This document shows positions 18,010 through 26,520 of a stretch of 64,000 bases of DNA, piece after piece. The notes under the pieces were generated by a model. It was not told the DNA's origin. It did not search any database and was given only the letters and a program-made list of their open reading frames with translations. The stretch lies in IMG/VR virus record IMGVR_UViG_3300010373_000001, positions 1-64,000 of that record. One strand, written 5' to 3'. A program made the position numbers and the translations under genes. Each line of letters opens with the position of its first letter. Positions within the stretch are counted from its first letter, which is position 1. The stretch comes from a virus.

Positions 18010-18732
18010 TCAGTCCTTAAGGAACTTAGCTGCCAGAACCTTAAGCTCGTCTCTTGACTTAACCTGATTCTTGGCTACGTCCTTTGTCCACAGCTTACCA
18101 TCGTAGGAAGCAATATCTTCCTTGGTAAGAGGAGATCTTCCCCAGTCATCAGCGAGATCTGATTCCTTCACGACCTCAACGGTGTAACTTGGAACACCAT
18201 TGGTGCCTGCTCTCTTAGAGACTGCAAAGTAAAGATCATCACGATTCAGCGGGGAACTTCTCTTGGAAGCTTTCTTTTCCTTGATTGCCGCTGAAGGATC
18301 TGGCGAAGCCATCCATAGCTTCAGTTCATGCTGCCCATCGGCGTGAAGTTCAATCACGTTGAAATAATCAACTGACTTGGGCCTGTCAACATAAGCGCAA
18401 AGCGGGCAGTCCTTAACAAGACATGCGAACGGCCTCTTACCTACATCAGTGGGAATCCAGTGCTGGTAGAAAGAAGTAAACGGTACTTCCTCAACAAACT
18501 TGATCAGTACTTCTGTTCCGTCATCCGGGACAGTAAATCTGTTTGGCCTGTCTCCCCTTGCGGGTGCGGCCTTATCTGATGACCATCCTGAACTGAGGAT
18601 GGAGTCAATGTCATTTTCCACTTCTTTTGTTACTCTCTGCCTAGGTGCGAATTCCTCGATGGGATCAGTTCCCGCTGAGTTGCCTGCGATTGGCTCTAGT
18701 GTGTCTCTTGGCATTATGCTTCTGTTCTCCAC
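18010..18732 (-). CDS. ssDNA-binding protein, gp32-like
   Basis: IKFVE..FYQHWI..FACLVKDCPLC; directly upstream of the polymerase. Confidence 0.65.
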   Translation of the reverse strand: MENRSIMPRDTLEPIAGNSAGTDPIEEFAPRQRVTKEVENDIDSILSSGWSSDKAAPARGDRPNRFTVPDDGTEVLIKFVEEVPFTSFYQHWIPTDVGKRPFACLVKDCPLCAYVDRPKSVDYFNVIELHADGQHELKLWMASPDPSAAIKEKKASKRSSPLNRDDLYFAVSKRAGTNGVPSYTVEVVKESDLADDWGRSPLTKEDIASYDGKLWTKDVAKNQVKSRDELKVLAAKFLKD

Positions 18733-18953
18733 GATAGGATGTAACTATCTTTTACATTTGTCAGAACTTTTGCTTCTGTTACTTCTTTACTCATGGCATC
18801 TATGAGCATCTGATCTAGCATGTCATAAATATCCTGAAGGGGCATCCCTTCGAATGATGGGCTGCTGGTGTCAACCGACACCGTTGCATGAATCTTAACT
18901 GATTCATAGTTACCCATGTTGATCGTGTGCTCACGACCTCTTGTAATAATCAA
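18714..18953 (-). CDS. hypothetical protein
   Basis: INMGNYES motif; 79 aa. Confidence 0.65.
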   Translation of the reverse strand: MIITRGREHTINMGNYESVKIHATVSVDTSSPSFEGMPLQDIYDMLDQMLIDAMSKEVTEAKVLTNVKDSYILSWRTEA

Positions 18954-19351
18954 CTTTTCTCCAGATCCCTGAACAGGGTTAGTACTCTCTCCCTGAACTC
19001 GGTTCCCTCTATTGACTTCCAGTGACCGTTAGCATTAGTCTCAAGAAGTCCTTCCTCCTGGGCTATCGTCCTGATACCCATGATCTGATCCCTGGTATAC
19101 AATCTTCTGCGGCCTCTTGGATCTGCTGAAGCCCTGATGTAAGTAGGCTTAGGGATAACCCCATCGTGCTCCCACTTCCTGACTGTAACCTGTGATCTGT
19201 TAAGAACGTCTGCCAGTACACCGATAGTGTAGAATCCCGTGCCCTTGAAATCCGGGTAACTGAACTCAAACTCTGAGTCAGGCTTAACTTCAGGCTGATC
19301 AGAATAATTTCTTACCGGCGTCTTGCTGCCGGGATAAAACGCCATCGTCAC
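18950..19351 (-). CDS. MerR-type HTH DNA-binding protein
   Basis: YTIGVLADVLNRSQVTVRKWEHDGVIP..RRLYT. Confidence 0.85.
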   Translation of the reverse strand: MTMAFYPGSKTPVRNYSDQPEVKPDSEFEFSYPDFKGTGFYTIGVLADVLNRSQVTVRKWEHDGVIPKPTYIRASADPRGRRRLYTRDQIMGIRTIAQEEGLLETNANGHWKSIEGTEFRERVLTLFRDLEKS

Positions 19352-19354
19352 TGG

Positions 19355-19621
19355 TTACTCTCCTGATGGAGACTCTACGACCAGCAGCCTGTGTGCTTCA
19401 CCCTTGAGAAGCACTTCGTCTCCCCTGGTTACTTCAACTACCTGATTAACATGAACATCATCCACATCATCAGTTAGGTAGTCGATAACATCGTTGGGAC
19501 TGAAGTCACCTCTCTGAATCAGGTTCAGAATATCTGATCTGTCTACCCCGTCACCATCTAGTCCTGTAGCTTCGTCTATATCGACCTGTAATACTCCGTA
19601 CAGATCCACGATTATTCTCAT
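19355..19621 (-). CDS. acidic hypothetical protein
   Basis: 88 aa; ATGA coupling. Confidence 0.6.
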   Translation of the reverse strand: MRIIVDLYGVLQVDIDEATGLDGDGVDRSDILNLIQRGDFSPNDVIDYLTDDVDDVHVNQVVEVTRGDEVLLKGEAHRLLVVESPSGE

Positions 19622-20049
19622 TGCTTAATCCTTATCAGCGAATATGTTTCGTCTGCTTCAATGATGGAGTCGATCTCGTCATCACTGATGATACCCTCCT
19701 GATTAGCTGCGTAAAGCTCATCAAGATCTAGTTCCTCCACCTGGATAACTTTAATGCACCTGTCACCCAGGCCGTGCCTGCTTATGAGTTCTCTTGCCGT
19801 GTCCTCGTCCACATACTCTGATACACGACGCTGCATCTGCAATCCTGTGTACCACACATTATCGATACACAGGGGCTCTGGAAATTCATAATTGTAGTTA
19901 CCTTTATCATCAGTGTCACCAGACATGATGATTTCCTTAAGATCATTACGGTAATCTTCACGTAATTTCTTAATTTTCGTTTCTTCATTATGACTGTAAA
20001 GATAACCATGGACTAACTTCATAACATGGTCAATAGGCTTTACGGTCAT
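19618..20049 (-). CDS. hypothetical protein, first gene after a strong promoter
   Basis: AAGGGAG RBS; 143 aa. Confidence 0.7.
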   Translation of the reverse strand: MTVKPIDHVMKLVHGYLYSHNEETKIKKLREDYRNDLKEIIMSGDTDDKGNYNYEFPEPLCIDNVWYTGLQMQRRVSEYVDEDTARELISRHGLGDRCIKVIQVEELDLDELYAANQEGIISDDEIDSIIEADETYSLIRIKQ

Positions 20050-20079
20050 TGAAAGTAGATGCTCCCTTAAGTATTATAG

Positions 20080-21633
20080 TTACTCAAGTATACCAGACCG
20101 CAGCGTGCTTGTCAAGAGGCCCCCTAACGAGTCTCCCTCCAAGTCTATCCGCCCGTAATCGTCGTGACCGGCCCCGTCAAGGACCGAGGAAGCTAGTCTG
20201 CGCTTACGCCTAAGGATTCTCAGCTTCCTTTCCTCCACTGATCCCTTAACAATCATGTTCCTAATGAATACCTTACCGAATTCTGATGAAGCTCTTACGT
20301 GCCTGCCGTTTCTCTGATCCGCCTGCCCTGCTGACCAGGGAATGTCATAGTTGATCAGGTAGTTGGCCATCGACATGTCCATTCCGTAAGCACCAGCATT
20401 AGATGACAGGAACACCCTGCACTCAGGATCATCACGGAACACTGTGTACGCCTGGTTTTTAGCCTTGGCATCCATGCCACCATGGAATTTGACGTAGCCG
20501 CAGTTCAGTCTGCTGCCAATTATGTCAAGCATATTACGGTACTCAGAGAATACTATGATCTTGTTGCCTGAAAAGGCCAGGAGATCATCTAGTTTCTCCA
20601 TGAGCACGTCCAGTTTAGGGCAGTTTGTAACACTGTCTATATTTCCTGACTGCCACAGGTTGTAGGCATATCCTGAGCCCTTATCTTCCTCGCCCAGTTC
20701 AAATAGCTGGGCCGAGTAAATGATCAGGTCGGGATGATCCATGAGCATCTGAATGCACATGTACATACCCATGACTTTACCTGACGGTGTGCTTTCGTCG
20801 TAGCCGGAATAGTATTTGTCCAGATCGAAAGACCCTGCCCTCTCCAGCTTGGTTAGTTCGTCAACAATATCTGAGGCAATGGTCTTGTACAATCCTAATG
20901 TATCGTCATCTATACTTATGTACCATTCATCCTCGTCCACTTCAGGCAGATAAGGATAAACCTCAGGACTCAGCCTTGATTTCCTGCACAAAGCAGGTCC
21001 AAGTCTCTGCTTGAGAACGGGAAGATTCTTATACGATACCGGCCACCCATACCTGTTGCGGGTGATGTAGGCACGGTCAAACAGGTCATACCTGCCGAGT
21101 ACAGTTTCATCAACCCACTGCATAATAGAGAATATCTCGTCAGGTCTGTTCTCAATAGGAGTACCTGTCAAGGCAAGTCTGTACGGAGAACGGAGAAGTT
21201 TCTTGATTCTCTTCGTTCTCTTCGCCCGGAAAGTCTTGATAGCGGTGGCTTCATCAAGCACTGTCATGCCTGGCTTAATCCTGGCTACCTGCTCATGATC
21301 ATTGATCACATTGTCATAGCCCATGATAATATAGCTGGCACTGTCCGTGCTGAGTGAGTCGTATTGTTCCTGCCGCTTTTTAGGTGTGCCGTCGATCACA
21401 AGAGGGATGGAGTCTGAGAACTGTTTTATTCTCTCAGCCCACTGGTACTTAAGGGAAGCCGGGCAGACAACAAGGCATAACTTTATAGCACCAGAGTCAA
21501 GTAACCTCTCTGCTGCTGCTATTGCTATTACTGTCTTGCCCAGCCCCATCTCGTATGCGACCAGAAGATTCTTCCTTTCAAGGAAGATCTCTACTGGCTC
21601 AGTCTGATACGGATGCAGTTTCCCCTGAAACAT
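20080..21633 (-). CDS. SNF2-family (SF2) helicase
   Basis: LHPYQ, EMGLGKT, VCPASL, LDEA, ALTGTPIEN, QRNGR; GAGGA before ATG 21633. Confidence 0.9.
   Translation of the reverse strand: MFQGKLHPYQTEPVEIFLERKNLLVAYEMGLGKTVIAIAAAERLLDSGAIKLCLVVCPASLKYQWAERIKQFSDSIPLVIDGTPKKRQEQYDSLSTDSASYIIMGYDNVINDHEQVARIKPGMTVLDEATAIKTFRAKRTKRIKKLLRSPYRLALTGTPIENRPDEIFSIMQWVDETVLGRYDLFDRAYITRNRYGWPVSYKNLPVLKQRLGPALCRKSRLSPEVYPYLPEVDEDEWYISIDDDTLGLYKTIASDIVDELTKLERAGSFDLDKYYSGYDESTPSGKVMGMYMCIQMLMDHPDLIIYSAQLFELGEEDKGSGYAYNLWQSGNIDSVTNCPKLDVLMEKLDDLLAFSGNKIIVFSEYRNMLDIIGSRLNCGYVKFHGGMDAKAKNQAYTVFRDDPECRVFLSSNAGAYGMDMSMANYLINYDIPWSAGQADQRNGRHVRASSEFGKVFIRNMIVKGSVEERKLRILRRKRRLASSVLDGAGHDDYGRIDLEGDSLGGLLTSTLRSGILE
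20087..20115 (-). promoter_or_regulatory. consensus sigma70/SigA promoter driving the SSB-polymerase-RecA block
   Basis: TTGACA-17 nt-TATACT with extended TG. Confidence 0.8.
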
Positions 21634-21826
21634 GTCCTCTTTCAATCAACTGAACGCCACCATCTGCCGCGTCATACGCAAATATCTGCGGTGGGTTCGC
21701 TCTTTCCTCCGCTGTAATTATCACGTTCCCGCCTAGTTTCTTAGTCAATATGGCGATAACGTCCCACAGCCCCCTTGATACTGCCCGACTTTCTGTGTAA
21801 AACTGATTCTGATCTGCTGATTCCAT
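21599..21826 (-). CDS. hypothetical protein
   Basis: AGGA RBS; overlaps both neighbours. Confidence 0.5.
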   Translation of the reverse strand: MESADQNQFYTESRAVSRGLWDVIAILTKKLGGNVIITAEERANPPQIFAYDAADGGVQLIERGHVSGETASVSD

Positions 21827-22676
21827 TTATTAGTTCCTGATCTGTTAATTCTCCGGGATCTTTGCCTCTGCCGTCCCCGTAAAAGAATACGGAGACTGGG
21901 AGCTGTTTGAAATCGCGGCCAATCCTATCTGTCTCTGCCATTCCTGCACGATCATCATCAAGCGCAAGTACAAGATGTTCTGAGACTCTGTGTACAATGG
22001 CGAGCTGGCAATCGCTGACCGATACTCCGTATGAAGAAAGGCCACCTCTGATTCCGGCAGAGCTAAGGCGCACAACATCAAGTGGAGATTCGACAAGTAT
22101 GGCGGTGCCACCATGTTCAAAAGCTGGTAGACCAAAGAGAGTTTTGGATTTTTTAATACCGCCTGGATAATTTCTGTATCGTCTATCAACTGTGCTCTTC
22201 TCCTGCCAGCCCCATAGATCTCCCGTGTAAGGATCTCTTATCGGCAGCACCCATGAAAGCTTCTCAGGATTCCACAGTATTCCGTGAAGTTCCGCAGCCT
22301 CCGGTGTCAGGTTTCTTTTCCTGAGCATTTCCTCCGGAGGCTGAGTGAATCTGTAAAGTTCATGTTCACTTATGCCAAGATACGCTGGCGCGTAGGCAAC
22401 CTCTTCTTTATTGTCCCTCCAAACAGCCAGGCCAGAGTAAGCTGTTCTCTCTGCCACCCACATGTGAGCCTGTGCATACGTTGAGTTTAGCACACGCATT
22501 ACCAGTCCGTCTAGTGACCCCTTAAATCCGCAGGCAAAACAATGATGCAAGCCTGACTTAAGATTGATAGACCATGACGGATGGATTTCCTCATGATTAG
22601 GGCAGAGAGCGACAGCTTCATTACCTGTTACAGCATAGTCAATCTTCAGTTCCCTCAGTACTGCTTCTACCGACAT
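21741..22676 (-). CDS. DNA primase (CHC2 zinc finger plus TOPRIM)
   Basis: CPNH..HHCFACG; VESPLD, ALDDDRAG, KDPGE; start MSVEAVL at 22676. Confidence 0.9.
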   Translation of the reverse strand: MSVEAVLRELKIDYAVTGNEAVALCPNHEEIHPSWSINLKSGLHHCFACGFKGSLDGLVMRVLNSTYAQAHMWVAERTAYSGLAVWRDNKEEVAYAPAYLGISEHELYRFTQPPEEMLRKRNLTPEAAELHGILWNPEKLSWVLPIRDPYTGDLWGWQEKSTVDRRYRNYPGGIKKSKTLFGLPAFEHGGTAILVESPLDVVRLSSAGIRGGLSSYGVSVSDCQLAIVHRVSEHLVLALDDDRAGMAETDRIGRDFKQLPVSVFFYGDGRGKDPGELTDQELINGISRSESVLHRKSGSIKGAVGRYRHID

Positions 22677-22872
22677 TACTACCTGCTGACTTGAACCCCA
22701 TACGAGGGGTACTCTTGTCTTGTTCCTTCTTATCCTTCTCTTCCAGAATCTCAGTGATAAGTTCCGTAAGACTGACCTTGAGGATTTCCTTAGCGCCATC
22801 TTTAGTCAAGGTAGCTTCATCATAAGCATGCTTAACCTTATGGATGACGTGGGCAATAATTCTGTAAATCAT
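22639..22872 (-). CDS. hypothetical protein
   Basis: GGAGG RBS; ATGA coupling to the DnaB stop. Confidence 0.55.
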   Translation of the reverse strand: MIYRIIAHVIHKVKHAYDEATLTKDGAKEILKVSLTELITEILEEKDKKEQDKSTPRMGFKSAGSNVGRSSTEGTED

Positions 22873-24149
22873 ATTGTCTTATCCTCCAGTTCCGGGGCTT
22901 CAATGAACTCGAAAGTCATTGTCTCCCAGTCAATGTCAACTACAACCTTCTCAAAATTCTCGTAGCGGGATAGTACACACGATACAGTGTGCAGATACTC
23001 TGCACGGTCCAGACCTACAACCAGATCAGAAGCCTTCAGCAAACCTGTTCCGCCCTGAATTGTGCGGGCTTCAATGCCATGCTTAGCTGAGTACTGTTTC
23101 TCCTGTACCTGAGTAGAGGCAACAACAACCAGGCTTCTTTCCAGGGCAATCATCTTTAGCTGATTGGCTACGTTCTCATTAGCCTGCCAGTCTTCAGTAG
23201 TTTTGTGCGTCTTCACGTCCTGCATGAAGTTGAATCCGTCAATGTAAACTACATGAGGATCATAGATCTCAATCTCAGCCTCGATATCCTCGAAGGTGAT
23301 CATGGATTTCTTCTTGCTGATATAGAAGTGCCCGTGACTATCACTATTGTCATCGGCTAGCTTAGCATGAAACGATCTGATGCTTGCCTTCTCTGATTCC
23401 CTTAGCTGACCTCTCCTGAATCTTGCCGGGGAAGTATGAGCACCCATAGAATACAATCTCTGCCGCAGCATGTCAGTATCCATTTCAACTGAGAAGAACA
23501 GCACATCATATCCTGCTTCCCATGCTGCTAGTGCCGAGTTAAGCATGAAGGTAGTCTTACCTGCCTTCTGCCTTCCCAGCAGTGAAATCAACTGACCGGG
23601 CTGGAATCCATAGTAATCAGTGTCAATCCTGTCGATTCCCAGCGGAACTCCTGGCTCGATAGTTCTGCTCAGCAATTCCTCAATGTCAAAGGCAGCATCG
23701 TTAAGATCATCTGCCCTGTACTGACGCTGCCTTAGATCAATACCAATACGTGCTGACTCTGACTTCAGGAGAGAGATAGACCTGTCTACCTGTCCCTTGT
23801 CATGAAGATCAATAGCCCTGCCCAGAAGATCTGCTACCAGATAGCCGTTAACTCTCTGCGCCGCCACATCAATGATTTCATTGACTGAAGGTGACATACT
23901 ATTGAGCGGAGTCAGCGGGTAGATAGCAGCCGGGAAATTCTCCCTGAAGATATCAATGGACGGTACGGTATGATGCTTGGCATAATACTTCAGCAGGTAC
24001 TCATAAGCCTGCCTGTCTGTGCCAGTGAAGATTACTTCACTGCCGCCTCCTGTGCTGTTCAGCCATGTGAGAGTGAAACCGTTCCCGATAGGTGTTGTTA
24101 TATCACCCTTGACCAGAACTCTGTTGACAATCTCGTAACCGATGTTCAA
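22869..24149 (-). CDS. dnaB: replicative DnaB-like helicase
   Basis: GRQKAGKT, FFSVEM, YIDG, STQ; AGGAG RBS and TTG start. Confidence 0.9.
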   Translation of the reverse strand: MNIGYEIVNRVLVKGDITTPIGNGFTLTWLNSTGGGSEVIFTGTDRQAYEYLLKYYAKHHTVPSIDIFRENFPAAIYPLTPLNSMSPSVNEIIDVAAQRVNGYLVADLLGRAIDLHDKGQVDRSISLLKSESARIGIDLRQRQYRADDLNDAAFDIEELLSRTIEPGVPLGIDRIDTDYYGFQPGQLISLLGRQKAGKTTFMLNSALAAWEAGYDVLFFSVEMDTDMLRQRLYSMGAHTSPARFRRGQLRESEKASIRSFHAKLADDNSDSHGHFYISKKKSMITFEDIEAEIEIYDPHVVYIDGFNFMQDVKTHKTTEDWQANENVANQLKMIALERSLVVVASTQVQEKQYSAKHGIEARTIQGGTGLLKASDLVVGLDRAEYLHTVSCVLSRYENFEKVVVDIDWETMTFEFIEAPELEDKTI

Positions 24150-24697
24150 GTATTGCTCCTGCTTTTAAACTCTTCCAGCTTAAACTTAAGATCCTGCTCC
24201 GTGTACTTCGCTGTAATTATTCTCATTGCCTCAGTTTCCTCGGGAGTCCTTCTTGCTGCCTGAATCTCCCGTTCCTGCTGTTTAACTCTCACCCCCGTCC
24301 TGACGAGTTCTTCCAAGCCCATTTTGTCCAGCACCCACTGCAAGCAGTAATCGAATCTGTCTGCTGAGCAGAGATGATTGATCGTGTAGTTGCCGTGTGT
24401 ATCCCACCAGAACAAGATGATCATCTGCTCAAGGATATCTATCCATGTGTCAGGATATTTTACCCGCACGCCTGACTCGTTGATGCGGTAGTTAAGTTCC
24501 GTGTAAAGAATAGGCCGCCCGGCAACAGGCATCCTGTCTGTCTCAGCTTCCTGCTCAAAATAGATAGCAAGATGCCAGACATCAAAGTCTACACCATCGG
24601 GCGGCTTGTCTCTGTCATACAGTTTCCTGTTGCCGTTTACGTCTGAGTACCTTGTCTCAGCCGGTCCTTCCTTACGGAGCTTAGATTTAACTCCCAC
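24146..24697 (-). CDS. hypothetical protein in the replication block
   Basis: 183 aa; TAGTG coupling. Confidence 0.65.
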   Translation of the reverse strand: MGVKSKLRKEGPAETRYSDVNGNRKLYDRDKPPDGVDFDVWHLAIYFEQEAETDRMPVAGRPILYTELNYRINESGVRVKYPDTWIDILEQMIILFWWDTHGNYTINHLCSADRFDYCLQWVLDKMGLEELVRTGVRVKQQEREIQAARRTPEETEAMRIITAKYTEQDLKFKLEEFKSRSNT

Positions 24698-25152
24698 TAA
24701 AAAGCTCCTAACTGATTAGGGTCAGTGAGGTACACTCCCTTACCTCCGTACTTAAATGCATGACCAATCTCGGGATCATAAATCCTGGCAATCCTGGGGA
24801 GATACGATGACTCCCTGGCGAGTCTGTCGGGAGTGCTTGACCACACTGAATAGACAGGCACGTTCTCGAAATCAAATCTCTCTGATATTCTCAGTGCCGC
24901 ATCGTCATACTCAGTGCCGTGCCCCATCCATGTGCATATCTCCAGATTGAATCCTTTATTCCACACCAGATCAAGGAACTTTGACAGGTACGGTCTGCTC
25001 AATTGGAACAGATCGACTGCCTCCCACCATCTGTTTCTTGACACAGCCTTATTGTAATCCTTGAGCTTATCTTCTGGCAAGAGGCCCACTGAGCCCTCAA
25101 AAACGATGACAATACTGGGCATTACCTGATTAGATAAATTTCCATGCTGCAT
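24697..25152 (-). CDS. hypothetical protein (degenerate HAD-like pattern)
   Basis: MQHGNLSN..IVIVFEG; 151 aa. Confidence 0.65.
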   Translation of the reverse strand: MQHGNLSNQVMPSIVIVFEGSVGLLPEDKLKDYNKAVSRNRWWEAVDLFQLSRPYLSKFLDLVWNKGFNLEICTWMGHGTEYDDAALRISERFDFENVPVYSVWSSTPDRLARESSYLPRIARIYDPEIGHAFKYGGKGVYLTDPNQLGAF

Positions 25153-25156
25153 ATAC

Positions 25157-25186
25157 TTGACAAGCTTTCGTATCGTGTGCTAACAT
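25157..25186 (+). promoter_or_regulatory. plus-strand sigma70-type promoter
   Basis: TTGACA-18 nt-TAACAT with extended TG; shares CTTGACAAGC with the promoter at 20115. Confidence 0.65.
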
Positions 25187-25191
25187 ATGAA

Positions 25192-25280
25192 ACATACGCG
25201 ATGCTCCCTCCTCATCGCGGCTGTAATGACAAGGACCGGGTTAAGTTGAGTTTATCTCCTTCCCGGTCCTTGTTTATTTT
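25192..25280 (+). ncRNA. candidate small RNA of about 90 nt, two hairpins with CU-rich loops, ending in a U tract
   Basis: stems CGCGATG/CATCGCG and ACAAGGACCGGG/CCCGGTCCTTGT then TTATTTT; promoter directly upstream. Confidence 0.5.
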
Positions 25281-25386
25281 CTCAGAAGTATAGTCGCCCA
25301 TAATATGAACAGTATGACTATAATTACTGCCAGCTCCCCTACTACGATGGGCATCAGCCTGGCAATCTGATACGTCTGCTCTGCTG

Positions 25387-26130
25387 TCATGAAACAATCT
25401 TGTCGGAGACAAGGGCAACCTGCTCAGCAGTCAGTTCTACTTCTTTTTCGCCGGGCTTGATCTTACGGCGTCCCTTACGTCTGTACGTACCCTTAGTTTC
25501 ATCATGGTAGTACGTCTCAGTCTCCTGAGATGCCTCTTCCGGCGTGCTTTCCTCTACTGGTTCATCTTCTTCTTTGACAGACTCCCATGGAACCCCATCG
25601 ATGTATGTTCTAGCGTGATACTCACTCATAATTTCCTCAACTTTTTCAATTAATTCCGCGCCATATCCGGCGTCTCTCAGAGCGCTTCTAACCTCGTCCA
25701 GTGCGGGGGGGTTAGTATCTGTAGCCTGTTTGGCTGGCGTCGCGTCAGCGTTGACTACAGAGCCGCCTAGGGCCATCGTAGCGTCACTGCCGGAGACAGG
25801 AAACAGAGCGCGGGTCAAGTCAAGCACTGGAACGTCAAGAGATCTTGCCCAGTCTATTTCTTCGCTTAGATAATCTGTTCCTGCCACGATCAGCACAGCG
25901 TTGCTGTGATGTTCCTTCAGGCCCTTGAGTACACCTTCTATCTGAACTATCTGATAGTCCTGATGCACCGTATCCATCCAGGCTAGTACCTGACTGACTC
26001 CGGGCTGTTTCTCCGGAAGCTCTGCGACAACTGCAATTTCTGGCTCTCGCGGAAGAAAATCATCAAGAAGCCGGGCAGCGTTTTCGTACTTGATATCTCC
26101 CCAGCCTATGATTCCTACATATAAGTCCAC
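25387..26130 (-). CDS. hypothetical protein
   Basis: AGGAGG RBS before GTG 26130; acidic C-terminal linker plus RRKGRRK. Confidence 0.7.
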   Translation of the reverse strand: MDLYVGIIGWGDIKYENAARLLDDFLPREPEIAVVAELPEKQPGVSQVLAWMDTVHQDYQIVQIEGVLKGLKEHHSNAVLIVAGTDYLSEEIDWARSLDVPVLDLTRALFPVSGSDATMALGGSVVNADATPAKQATDTNPPALDEVRSALRDAGYGAELIEKVEEIMSEYHARTYIDGVPWESVKEEDEPVEESTPEEASQETETYYHDETKGTYRRKGRRKIKPGEKEVELTAEQVALVSDKIVS

Positions 26131-26171
26131 ATGTTCCTCCTGTATTCGGGCGTGTACTGGCCCGTCCGGGC

Positions 26172-26201
26172 AGTATACCACACCGGGAGGGGGTCTGTCT
26201 A
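26172..26201 (-). promoter_or_regulatory. sigma70-type promoter at the structural/replication boundary
   Basis: TAGACA-18 nt-TATACT with TGTGG extension. Confidence 0.6.
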
Positions 26202-26513
26202 TAGGGTGGGAATATAGGATGTTTTAACCGGGGGCTTACGTCTCTTCTTTCTTACCGGCAATCTCGCCCTGATGCTGTCCGGGATTTCCAGCGGCTCTAT
26301 ACCTTCCGCCCCTGATAGTTTGTGCAGCAGAACTACACCAGCAGTAGCAGCAAAAGCTACCAGCAGTGAGCGCTGCATCTCAAAGGTCCAGAGATAAGAG
26401 ATGATGATCACGATAACGGGTGCCAGTCTTACCGGGATTCGGAACCAGGCTAGATACCTGAGAATTTCCCAGCTACTCATGGCAGCGAATGATACGAGTA
26501 CGAATTCAAGCAT
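26199..26513 (-). CDS. small membrane protein (holin-like)
   Basis: three hydrophobic segments and a basic tail; AGGA RBS before ATG 26513. Confidence 0.6.
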   Translation of the reverse strand: MLEFVLVSFAAMSSWEILRYLAWFRIPVRLAPVIVIIISYLWTFEMQRSLLVAFAATAGVVLLHKLSGAEGIEPLEIPDSIRARLPVRKKRRKPPVKTSYIPTL

Positions 26514-26520
26514 TGTGTTC

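Noticed and set aside
13791-24149. Inteins or introns in RecA, polymerase or helicases
   Set aside because: Lengths are normal, motifs are contiguous and I saw no splice-junction signatures
25345-25360. Hammerhead ribozyme (CUGAUG on the minus strand)
   Set aside because: The core reads CUGAUGC rather than CUGANGA, and I could not build the three stems around it
25212-25418. 68-aa minus-strand ORF across the intergenic region
   Set aside because: It has no convincing RBS, overlaps the upstream gene and runs through dense inverted repeats better explained as RNA structure
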